From an uncultured Gemmatimonadales bacterium (GTDB lineage: Bacteria; Gemmatimonadota; Gemmatimonadetes; Longimicrobiales; Gaopeijiaceae): a stretch of DNA of 64,000 nt. Under the pieces are notes generated by a model. That model was given only the letters and a program-made list of their open reading frames with translations. It was not told where the DNA came from and made no database searches. This document shows, in pieces, positions 30,530-40,025 of the stretch. The stretch spans positions 1,824,001-1,888,000 of the forward strand of contig CAWELD010000003.1 of the NCBI GenBank assembly GCA_963809895.1, in the 5' to 3' direction. Position numbers and translations under genes: made by a program. Every line of letters begins with the position of its first letter. Position 1 is the first letter of the stretch.

Positions 30530-30783
30530 CCGCCGCGCCCCTCGTAGACCAACTCGGTCATGCGCTCCCAGCCACCTTCCCGCACGTCCGGCCGAAGACC
30601 GCGCCCATCCACGCTGGCATCCCGTAGCGTGAATCTCTCCTTCTCCGCCGCCTCATCCAGGACATCGCGGAGTCCCGCTTCGACGAGGGCACGCAGAGTC
30701 GTTCCCGTGGCCTGCGCATGTTCCTTCGCGGCCGTCAGGAGGGCGCCGGACGCCGCTCCCAATTCCAAGAATGCGGCACCCAC
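30526..30783 (-). CDS. vapB: VapB-like antitoxin, N terminus apparently truncated or replaced
   Basis: LLTAAKEHA...TTLRALVEAGLR; FTLRDASVDGRG; GTGA overlap with vapC; usual MKTT strand missing. Confidence 0.65.
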   Translation of the reverse strand: MGAAFLELGAASGALLTAAKEHAQATGTTLRALVEAGLRDVLDEAAEKERFTLRDASVDGRGLRPDVREGGWERMTELVYEGRGG

Positions 30784-30859
30784 CAGCCGCCGCTTCCGAC
30801 CCGCCGCGTGGAGCCGCGGAGGTCAGGCTTCGACGCATCCCGCCGACGGAGCAGGTCCG

Positions 30860-31000
30860 ATGATCCACGCACGTTTCCGGTTCCTCCTCGCCGCCGCCCT
30901 GGCGCTGCTGGTGATCGGCTGCGGACCAGGTGCCGACGCCACGCCCGACGCCGACGCCACGCGCTTCACGCTTTGCCTGCGAGCCCCTCGGCCCCAATAG
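30860..31000 (+). pseudogene. Displaced 5' end (signal peptide) of the cyclase gene
   Basis: [32 protein letters not shown] shares a 54-bp identical block with the 33471 gene. Confidence 0.7.
30902..30955 (+). repeat. 54-bp direct repeat, copy 1
   Basis: Identical to 33522-33575. Confidence 0.95.
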
Positions 31001-31016
31001 TATGGAGGTCGAGTAT

Positions 31017-31979
31017 GTGGCCGCCCAGTCTTCGACTCCGGAGGGCGTGGACGCGATGGACGTGTTTCGATACCGGGCCGTGATCGACTTCGACGTGCGC
31101 GTGCGTCCGCTGAGCCGATCCTACCTGGAGCGTCGCGAGGCGGCGCGAATCCAGAAGCGGGTCGCGGCAGGATGGCTTCCGCACATGTTCGACGTTCCGT
31201 CCGAGAGGGAGCTCCTGCCCCTGCAGGCGTTGCTCGGGGCAATCCTCGAATCCCCGGAAACCCTGGACCGTTGGGTGGTATCCCGGGCCATCGGGAGTCT
31301 CTGGGGCGGCTTCGCCCTGGACGGTGAGGCGTTCGACAGGGATCCCTACGAGCTCCTCCCGCCGCTGGCCGCGCAGATTTCCGACCTGGCCAGCCACAGA
31401 ATCGCGAAGGCACTCGCGACCACGGCCTGCGATCCCGCGGTGGATGAGTTCTGGTGGGGATTCGAGTCCGCCCCGGTGGAGTTGCGGGTCTCCTCGATTC
31501 CGGGGCCAGACGGGCTACTGACACCGAGCGCCGATGTCCTCTACGGTCGCCGGGTGCGGGCGGTTGCCCTGGTGGAGGTGAGGCCCAACGAGATCTCGCT
31601 GGCTCGCGCTTTGGAGCGTCACGCCTCCCGCCGGCTGAAGTACTTCGATGCTCTGGAGGACCCATTCCCCTTGCCGTCGGAAGCCGACATCTGGCTGGCA
31701 CAGCAACTTCAGGCGGCCGTGCTCCGCTCACCGGAGCTCCGCCACCGCCTGTTCACGATCAACGTCCTGAATGCGATTCGTGACAGCGGGGTGGCGGGGA
31801 TGGGCCCCCCACCCGCCGAGTTGCACGAGTTGCTCCCCCTGGTGCACGCCATCGAGCCCCACATGCGCCGCGCCCTCCCCCTGCATGACGAGCTGAAGTT
31901 GGAGGACGCGCTGTGGCGCGTGGTGGAGTGCTTCGAGGATGAGACGGGGTCCGTGGCGATCCTGGACGACCTGAGGTGA
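31017..31979 (+). CDS. Hypothetical protein with internal domain duplication (start 31002, 31017 or 31056)
   Basis: Long ORF; SD GGAGGT before GTG 31017; the two halves align by eye. Confidence 0.7.
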   Translation: MAAQSSTPEGVDAMDVFRYRAVIDFDVRVRPLSRSYLERREAARIQKRVAAGWLPHMFDVPSERELLPLQALLGAILESPETLDRWVVSRAIGSLWGGFALDGEAFDRDPYELLPPLAAQISDLASHRIAKALATTACDPAVDEFWWGFESAPVELRVSSIPGPDGLLTPSADVLYGRRVRAVALVEVRPNEISLARALERHASRRLKYFDALEDPFPLPSEADIWLAQQLQAAVLRSPELRHRLFTINVLNAIRDSGVAGMGPPPAELHELLPLVHAIEPHMRRALPLHDELKLEDALWRVVECFEDETGSVAILDDLR

Positions 31980-32025
31980 AGCGAGGGGTCTGGTGCCGCA
32001 GCCGTGCCGCCGCCAATCTTCGCAC

Positions 32026-33474
32026 ATGAACGTCGGTCGAAACGACCCCTGCCCCTGCGGCAGCGGGAAGAAGTACAAGCGGTGCCATGGCCGGGCGGCG
32101 GAGACTCCGTCCTCGGCCGAGGACGCCACATGGCGCCGGCTGCGCGCATCGCTGGACGGGTTCCCCACCGTCATGCTCCGCTTTGTCGGCAAGGTCTACG
32201 GGCCCGGCGTCGTCGACGAGGCATGGGCGGAGTTCACGGCGTGGCGGGACGACGGGGGATTCGATCCCGACACGCCGCACATGCCGGTCTTCATGCCGTG
32301 GTTCTTCCACCAGTGGGCGCCGGACCCGGAAGACACCGGCGTCGGGGACACGTCGTTGTACGATCGCAGCCCCACCCACGTCCTGCTGGAGCGCAGGGGG
32401 CGACGGCTCGACGCGATCCTGAGGGACTACCTGGAGGCATGCCTCGCCTCTCCGTTCAGCTTCCACGAGATCGTGCGGACCGATCCCGGCCGCGGATTCC
32501 ACACCCGTGACGTGTTCACGGGCGAGGAACATGATGTCCTCGAGCGCTCGGCGTCACGCACGCTGCAGCCCGGCGACACCTTCTTCGGGCAACTGGCCAC
32601 GTCCCACGGCATCACCCTGCTGGAAGCCTGTTCCCCACATGCGCTTCCTCCGCGGGACAAGCTCCGGCTCATCGACCTGCGCGAGCGGATGGGCGGCGAG
32701 GGAGGTCATCTCACCCGCGAGGCGCTGAAGGAGTGGGACATCGAAGTGCGACTGGAATATCTGCGACGCACGGAGGCTCTACGGAACCCGCCGGCCCCGC
32801 AGCTTCAGAACACCGACGGAGAGACCATCGCGTTCCATCGATTGTCCTTCGACATTGCTTCGGCGCAGGGAGCGTTCGACGCGCTCAAGAGCCTCGCGCT
32901 CGATGACACGGACGACGACCTGCTGGAATCCGCCGACATCGATGCCGACGGACGCGTGCGCCGTGTGTCGTTCGCCTGGAAGCGAACCGGCAACGCCCTC
33001 CACCGGAGTTGGGACAATACCGTCCTCGGCCACATCGAGATCGACGGCGAGCGGCTGGTGGTGAGTGTCAATTCGGCGGAGCGCGCGGCGAGGGTGAGAG
33101 AGCTCGTGGAGTCCCGGTACCCGGCTGCTCGCCTCACGGGCACGGACGCGGAGACGGTCGAGGCGGCGATGGCGCGACGCTCCGAGGCCGGGGAGGACCC
33201 CTCCGAAAAGGCGGACACGTCGTCCCTCAGCGAGATCCCGGAGGTGCGGGAACGGATCCGGGAGATCATGGCGGAGCAGTATGCGGACTGGATCCACGAG
33301 CCGATCCCGGCCCTCGGCGGCCTGACACCGGTGGATGCGGTCAAGAAGGAGGGAGGGCGCGAGAAGGTCGAGGCCCTCGTCCGCCAGATCGAGCGCGATG
33401 GTCGGCGCATGGATCCGCCACTCGATGAAGCCGTCCCCCGGAGAATGCGCGAGCGGCTCGGGTTGGCCGAGTGA
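32026..33474 (+). CDS. SEC-C motif protein with C-terminal Xre/MbcA/ParS-like domain
   Basis: [32 protein letters not shown]. Confidence 0.85.
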   Translation: MNVGRNDPCPCGSGKKYKRCHGRAAETPSSAEDATWRRLRASLDGFPTVMLRFVGKVYGPGVVDEAWAEFTAWRDDGGFDPDTPHMPVFMPWFFHQWAPDPEDTGVGDTSLYDRSPTHVLLERRGRRLDAILRDYLEACLASPFSFHEIVRTDPGRGFHTRDVFTGEEHDVLERSASRTLQPGDTFFGQLATSHGITLLEACSPHALPPRDKLRLIDLRERMGGEGGHLTREALKEWDIEVRLEYLRRTEALRNPPAPQLQNTDGETIAFHRLSFDIASAQGAFDALKSLALDDTDDDLLESADIDADGRVRRVSFAWKRTGNALHRSWDNTVLGHIEIDGERLVVSVNSAERAARVRELVESRYPAARLTGTDAETVEAAMARRSEAGEDPSEKADTSSLSEIPEVRERIREIMAEQYADWIHEPIPALGGLTPVDAVKKEGGREKVEALVRQIERDGRRMDPPLDEAVPRRMRERLGLAE

Positions 33475-34445
33475 CCGTGAATTCCGTCGTTCGCGCGAGG
33501 CGCATCATCACCTCCTCGGTTGCGCTGCTGGTGATCGGCTGCGGACCAGGTGCCGACGCCACGCCCGACGCCGACACACCACGCTCCGCCTCTCAGGGCA
33601 CCGACGCCCCCGGCCTCTGGCAACTCTGGGATCAGACGCTGCGCCACGCTCGCTACGTCGACCTCACCCACACGCTCACCCCCGACATCCCCGTCTGGCA
33701 CGGCTTCGCCCCATCCACCTTCGGCCTCGCGCTCAACCCCGAGACCGGCGAGCCCTATCTGTACGCCGCCGACGGATTCGAGGCGACGCGCTACGAGTTG
33801 GGCACGGACCAGTTCGGAACGCAGCTCGACCCACCCGCCCACTGGGCGCCCGAGTACCCCGCCATCGACGAGCTGCCGCCCACCTACGCCCTGCGGCCGC
33901 TGGCGGTGATCTCCATCGCGAACCAGGTGGCCAGCGAGCCAGGCTACCACCTCCAGGTCGCGGACATCGAACAGTGGGAAGCCCGGAACGGCCGTATCCC
34001 CGAGGGGTCGGTGGTGATGGTGCGCTCGGACTGGTCGAAGGACTGGCCCGATCCGGCGCTGGCGACGCAGACGGTGTTCCCCGGCGTGTCGCTGGCGGCG
34101 CTCCAGTTCCTGCACGAGCAGCGCCACATCCTGTTCCATGGCCACGAGCCCCTGGACACCGACACCACGCCGACCCTCGAGGGCGAGGACTGGCTCATGC
34201 ACCACGGCTACGCTCAAGCCGAGGGCGTCACACACCTGGATCAGGTCCCCGAGACCGGGTGCCTGGTGACGATCGGCTACCCCAAGTTCAAAGGCGGCGT
34301 CGGGGGATTCGCGCGCTACGTGGCCATCTGCCCGTCGGAGTGGACCTCGGGCGTGGCGGTCGGCGAGGTACCGGAGGCCCCGCTACCGCGCAGCGAGCGG
34401 ATCCTGCAGTGGGATTCGGTTCGGGGGATGCGGGTGCGCCGGTAG
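33471..34445 (+). CDS. Cyclase family (kynurenine formamidase-like) lipoprotein
   Basis: [28 protein letters not shown]; lipobox VIGC. Confidence 0.88.
   Translation: MTVNSVVRARRIITSSVALLVIGCGPGADATPDADTPRSASQGTDAPGLWQLWDQTLRHARYVDLTHTLTPDIPVWHGFAPSTFGLALNPETGEPYLYAADGFEATRYELGTDQFGTQLDPPAHWAPEYPAIDELPPTYALRPLAVISIANQVASEPGYHLQVADIEQWEARNGRIPEGSVVMVRSDWSKDWPDPALATQTVFPGVSLAALQFLHEQRHILFHGHEPLDTDTTPTLEGEDWLMHHGYAQAEGVTHLDQVPETGCLVTIGYPKFKGGVGGFARYVAICPSEWTSGVAVGEVPEAPLPRSERILQWDSVRGMRVRR
33522..33575 (+). repeat. 54-bp direct repeat, copy 2
   Basis: Identical to 30902-30955. Confidence 0.95.
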
Positions 34446-34454
34446 CGGCGCTAG

Positions 34455-35630
<1,176 letters not shown>

Positions 35631-35634
<4 letters not shown>

Positions 35635-35891
35635 GAGTCGAGTTTCCGCGCCACCTCTTCGGCCTCGAGCTCGTCGACCAGTTGGTTCAACCGATCGAGA
35701 TCGGTGCCCGGGCGAAAGCCGAACTGGTGCGGTTCGACTGTGAAGGCCGCCGGTGTAGCGGGCTTGTCGGTCATCCCGAGGCCGAGACGGAGCGCGCGGT
35801 TCACGACGGCCTTCATGCCCTCGCCGGAGCGCTTCATCTCCGACTCCAACCGCTTCGCCACATCCGGGTCCAGTGTAAGGGTGGTACGCAT
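35631..35891 (-). CDS. vapB: VapB-like RHH antitoxin
   Basis: MRTTLTLDPDV...KAVVNRALRLGL; GTGA overlap with vapC. Confidence 0.88.
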
Positions 35892-35895
35892 GTCC

Positions 35896-35926
35896 GCATC
35901 ATGATGCTCACAGTTGATGATGTCAA
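35896..35926 (-). promoter_or_regulatory. Probable leaderless TA promoter with operator
   Basis: TTGACA-N17-CATGAT-N6-ATG; palindrome GCATCATGATGC covers the -10 box. Confidence 0.7.
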
Positions 35927-36055
35927 GATGATCTCCCGCCACGCGGCGCCCCCAACTCCCGAATCCGCTGAAGGCGTGCAGGCGTCCACAAACTGCACCG
36001 TCCACCTGGGCGAGCCCATGGGTGAATGCGCCGAGTGCCGGCTGGCTGAAGACCC

Positions 36056-38752
36056 CTACTCCGCCCCCAGCACCCTGGCCGGATCCAACCTCGTGGCGGC
36101 GCGCGCCGGCACGAGGATGGCGGCTGCGGATACGGCGACGACCACCACCGCGATCACCACGTACACGAGCGGATCGGTGGCGCTGACGCGGTACAGGAGT
36201 CCCTGGATCAGGCGGGTCAGGAAGAGGGCGGCACCGGTGCCCACCGCGAGACCCACGAGCACGGGCAGGACCATGGAGCGGACCTGGCTCTGGAGAATGG
36301 AATCCCCCGACGCGCCCAGGGCCATGCGCACGGCGATGTCCCGCCGCTGGCGGCTGATGGCGTAGGCGACCACGCCGGCGATCCCCACCACCGACAGGAC
36401 GAGCGCGAGCGCGCCGAACGCGGACAGGAGGACGGCGCCCATGCGCTGCGGCATGAGCACCCCCGCCACCATGTCGTCCATGGTCCTGGCGTAGTACGCG
36501 GATACGTCACGGTCCAGAGATCCCAGGACCGAGCGCATGGTGCCCAGCGCGGCGTCCGGTGAGGCCGAGCGCGTGACCACCGTCAGGAACCTGGACGCCG
36601 CCATGGAGGGCATCTGCGCCAGGGGCGCGTACATGTAGTTCGTGACCTCGTCGTCGAGCCCGTTCCAGGTCGTGTTGCCGAGCTCGCCCACCACCCGGAA
36701 CTCGGTGCCGCTCACCGTGACGAGACCGCCCACGGCCCCACCGGACGGCCAGTAGCGCTCGGCCATCCCCCGACTCACGAGAGCCACGCGCTCGCCGCCC
36801 TGAGCGTCGCCGTCATTGAAGTCACGACCTTCCAGAAGCGGCACACCGACGGTCTCGGAGAATCCCGGAGTGGTGACGACCAGGTCCAGCCGGAGCTCCT
36901 CGTCGGGCGCCGGCTGATAGCCGTTCACGTCGAAGAAGAGCCCCAGGGCGCCGCCGTCCTGCAGCGGCACCCGGGTCGCAGTGGTCACCGACTCCACGCC
37001 CGGTGCCGCCCGGAGGCGATCCTCGAAGGTGCGCACGAAGCTCCAGGCATCCTCCGTCTGGTATCCCACGAGATCCAGATTGTAGCGCAGCGCGGCCACG
37101 CCTTCGGGGCGGAAGCCGAGGTCCGTGGCCAGGCCGGCCCGCAGCGTCCGCACGAAGAGCCCCGACCCGATCAGGAGCACCAGGCTGAGCGCGATCTGCA
37201 CCGCCACCAGCGCCTTGCGGGCCCGGGTGGAGCGGTGATCGTCGCGCGTGCTCCGCCCGCTCGTGAGGGCCTGCGACAGATCCGTGCGGCTGCCCTGAAG
37301 CGCCGGCGCGAGGCCGAACAGCACCGCGGTGCCCAGGGTCACGAGGCCGGTCAGGAGGAGCGCGCCCCCGTCGAGGCCGAGATCCAGCGAGGCGATAGGG
37401 ACCCCGCCCGGCAGATCGAAGCGGCTGAGCACGCGCATGAGGGCGTCGGCCACGACCAGGCCCGCGAGGCCTCCCAGGGCGGCGAGCACCACGCTCTCGG
37501 TGGCGAGCTGCCGCACGATGCGGCCACGATCAGCGCCCATGGCCCGGCGCACGCCCACGTCGCGCCGACGACCCGAGGCCCGGGCCAGGAGCAGGTTCGC
37601 CAGGTTGGCGCAGCACAGCAGGAGCGCGAGTCCCACGGTGCCGCCCAGCAGGAGCACGAAGGTACGGAGGTCGGCCTCGCGCTCGGGCGGCAGGATGTAG
37701 CCCTTCAGCGGGTCCAGGGTCACGGAGCGGGGACCGCGCGCGTCCGGGTCCTCGTCCTGCATCTGCGTCGACAGTGCCAGCAGCTCCGCCCGGGCGGCCT
37801 CGGGCGACGTCCCGGGAGCCAGGCGAGCCACCAGCAGGTCGATCCAGCGACTGCCGCGCACCTCGAAGCGGTCCGTGAAGTCCTCGTCGCCACCCGTCAG
37901 GTACGGGCGCGATTGCATCGGGACCCACAGCTCCGGATGCAGGTTGATGCGGAGGCCGTCGAAGTCGGCGGGCGCGACGCCCACGACCTGGAAGGCCCGG
38001 CCGTTGAGCCGGATCGTCGAGCCCACCACCCCGGGATCGGCGGCGAAGTGCGTACGCCAGAGCTCGTGGGACAGCACCGCCACCGGTGCGCCTCCGCCGA
38101 ACTCGTCGTCTGCGGGCGAGAGCAGGCGTCCCTCGGCCGGCACCAGGCCCAGCAGATCGAAGAAGTTGCCCGTGACCGTCTGGACCGTGAGGAGCTGGGC
38201 GCCCTGATCCTCGCTCCCCAGCGACGCGCTGATGAGCGCCGTGGCGGCCAGGTCCCGGATCCCGTCGGTGCGGTCGCGGTAGTCGAGGAAGTCCGGATAG
38301 GAGCTCGAGCAGCGGGGGGTCCCGTTGCGGCACGTGGTGTAGACAGCGGCCAACTCGCCCACGTCCCGAACGGCCGGCGCGGCGAGGAGCGCCTCTCGCG
38401 CCACGCTGAAGATCGCCGTGCTGGCCCCGATCCCCAGTGCCAGCGTGGTCACCGCCACCAGCGTGAACAGAGGCTCCCGCCGATACGACCGGAGGGCAAT
38501 CCTGAGATCCTGCGCCATCGATCCCACCCACTCGCGGAACGCCGTCGTCCACCTCGTCATCCTCGCCTCCCTCATCATGCGTCTGCGTATTTCATCGGGA
38601 TCCCCGAACGCACGCACCGCCTCGCGCCGCGCGGATGCCGGATCGAGGCCCGACGCCTCGAACTCCTTCGCCCGCATCTCGAGATAGAATCGGATCTCCT
38701 CGCGCACTTCGTCGGAGACGTCCGGCTCTTCGAGTCGCGTCCACAGGCTCAT
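36056..38752 (-). CDS. ADOP duplicated permease with prefix-domain-1-type N terminus
   Basis: EEIRFYLEMRA..AFG; QDLRIALRS; TLALGIGASTAIFS; CCANLANLLLAR. Confidence 0.93.
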   Translation of the reverse strand: MSLWTRLEEPDVSDEVREEIRFYLEMRAKEFEASGLDPASARREAVRAFGDPDEIRRRMMREARMTRWTTAFREWVGSMAQDLRIALRSYRREPLFTLVAVTTLALGIGASTAIFSVAREALLAAPAVRDVGELAAVYTTCRNGTPRCSSSYPDFLDYRDRTDGIRDLAATALISASLGSEDQGAQLLTVQTVTGNFFDLLGLVPAEGRLLSPADDEFGGGAPVAVLSHELWRTHFAADPGVVGSTIRLNGRAFQVVGVAPADFDGLRINLHPELWVPMQSRPYLTGGDEDFTDRFEVRGSRWIDLLVARLAPGTSPEAARAELLALSTQMQDEDPDARGPRSVTLDPLKGYILPPEREADLRTFVLLLGGTVGLALLLCCANLANLLLARASGRRRDVGVRRAMGADRGRIVRQLATESVVLAALGGLAGLVVADALMRVLSRFDLPGGVPIASLDLGLDGGALLLTGLVTLGTAVLFGLAPALQGSRTDLSQALTSGRSTRDDHRSTRARKALVAVQIALSLVLLIGSGLFVRTLRAGLATDLGFRPEGVAALRYNLDLVGYQTEDAWSFVRTFEDRLRAAPGVESVTTATRVPLQDGGALGLFFDVNGYQPAPDEELRLDLVVTTPGFSETVGVPLLEGRDFNDGDAQGGERVALVSRGMAERYWPSGGAVGGLVTVSGTEFRVVGELGNTTWNGLDDEVTNYMYAPLAQMPSMAASRFLTVVTRSASPDAALGTMRSVLGSLDRDVSAYYARTMDDMVAGVLMPQRMGAVLLSAFGALALVLSVVGIAGVVAYAISRQRRDIAVRMALGASGDSILQSQVRSMVLPVLVGLAVGTGAALFLTRLIQGLLYRVSATDPLVYVVIAVVVVAVSAAAILVPARAATRLDPARVLGAE

Positions 38753-38759
38753 GCGCGGG

Positions 38760-39092
38760 TCAGCGCCCGTCGTCGGCCAGCACCGCCTGCACCGCGCCCG
38801 ACAACTCGTTGAAGCGCGCCGACTGCGTGGCCAGGTGCGCGGTCCCGGCCTCGGTCATGCGGTAGAACTTCGCCCGCCGGCCCGTGTCGGTCCGGTCCCA
38901 TTCGGACACCAGCAGTCCCTGCCGCTTGAGTCGGTGGAGCGCCGGGTAGAGCACCCCTTCCTCGACGTCCAGCACCCCATCCGACGTGTCCCGGATCTCG
39001 CGGCCGATGGCGTATCCGTGCTTGGGTCCGGCCCGCAGGGTGCGGAGGATCAACAGGTCCAGGGTGCCGCTGAAGAGATCGCTACCGCCCAT
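38760..39092 (-). CDS. PadR family regulator (acidobacterial type)
   Basis: GTLDLLILRTL, HGYAI, EEGVLYPALHRL, RRAKFY. Confidence 0.93.
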   Translation of the reverse strand: MGGSDLFSGTLDLLILRTLRAGPKHGYAIGREIRDTSDGVLDVEEGVLYPALHRLKRQGLLVSEWDRTDTGRRAKFYRMTEAGTAHLATQSARFNELSGAVQAVLADDGR

Positions 39093-39129
39093 GAGTCACC
39101 TCGCTTGCGGCGAGCAGCGCTCCCGCTCA

Positions 39130-39192
39130 CCCCTAGTTCGACTATGCTTGGTTCGAACCAGTATAACGGGGGATCCCTATCCGGGCTAGGGG
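39130..39192 (-). promoter_or_regulatory. PadR operators and promoter
   Basis: Minus strand CCCCTAG-CCCGG-ATAGGGA and GCATAG-TCGAA-CTAGGGG flank a TATACT box. Confidence 0.6.
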
Positions 39193-39200
39193 TGGGGGTG

Positions 39201-39626
39201 CTACGAGCCCGGCAGGATCCGGAAGCCCTCCAACCGAGCCGCCAGTGCGAGCCGCTCATCGAACGTGACGAAGGCCGCCCCCGTGAGGCCTGGACTCCAG
39301 ACGCGGGCGGCCGCCAGCTGCAGCGCGTCGGCGGCCTTGAGAGGATGGACGCGAAGGAGCCGCTTGGCGTGATCCCGCACCTCCTCGGAGGGCAGGATCT
39401 CGAGCCAGGACTCGCGGAGCCGAGCGAGCAGGTCGAGGACCTGCCCCTCCTCCTGCGGGGTCAGCCGCTCCTCCCGCCGGAGACGGGCTGCGGCTGATGC
39501 GCATTCGACGGGCGTCCCCCACCATGCGACGATCTCCGGGTCCTCCGAGAGCAGGGCGGAGACGCTCGCGGTCAGCTCCTGTTCCAGGAGCAAGGGGACG
39601 AGCGCCGACGTATCCCAGAACCTCAC
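39201..39626 (-). CDS. vapC: PIN-domain VapC toxin
   Basis: FWDTSALVP, LKAADALQLAAA, FVTFDERL. Confidence 0.92.
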   Translation of the reverse strand: MRFWDTSALVPLLLEQELTASVSALLSEDPEIVAWWGTPVECASAAARLRREERLTPQEEGQVLDLLARLRESWLEILPSEEVRDHAKRLLRVHPLKAADALQLAAARVWSPGLTGAAFVTFDERLALAARLEGFRILPGS

Positions 39627-39919
39627 CAGCCCTCCGCGCGCTCTTCGAGGACCGCCGCCAGACTGCGGCCCTCGGGATCGGCGGGGCGGGAGCCACTCAG
39701 GGAGCCGGGATCCAGCCGCCGAACCGGCCGTCGGATCAACCCCGCCCGGGCCAACTCCTCCGTGTGGCCCGTGAGGGCGTCCGCCCCCTCCAGCGGACCC
39801 AAGCGGGCGACCGGCGTGCCGCGATCGGTCACGACCACCCCTTCACCCGCCTTCGCCTTTCGCAGGTACTCGCTCAAGTGAGCCTTGAGCGTGGCGACGG
39901 AGACCCGCGCTTCCGACAT
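39623..39919 (-). CDS. Phd/YefM family antitoxin
   Basis: VSVATLKAHLSEYLR, VVVTDRGTPVARL; SD GGAGGT. Confidence 0.9.
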   Translation of the reverse strand: MSEARVSVATLKAHLSEYLRKAKAGEGVVVTDRGTPVARLGPLEGADALTGHTEELARAGLIRRPVRRLDPGSLSGSRPADPEGRSLAAVLEERAEGW

Positions 39920-40025
39920 CACACCTCCATGGTCATGATCATATAACCATATTAGTCACATATCCTCCATCAAGCCAGAGAGAGGGTGAGTAAACACCCC
40001 GATCCCTCACGTCGTCTCAGTTCAC

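Noticed and set aside
35950..36055. CxxH...CxxC-like reading on the plus strand between vapB and ADOP
   Set aside because: No plausible start or expression signal; probably chance.
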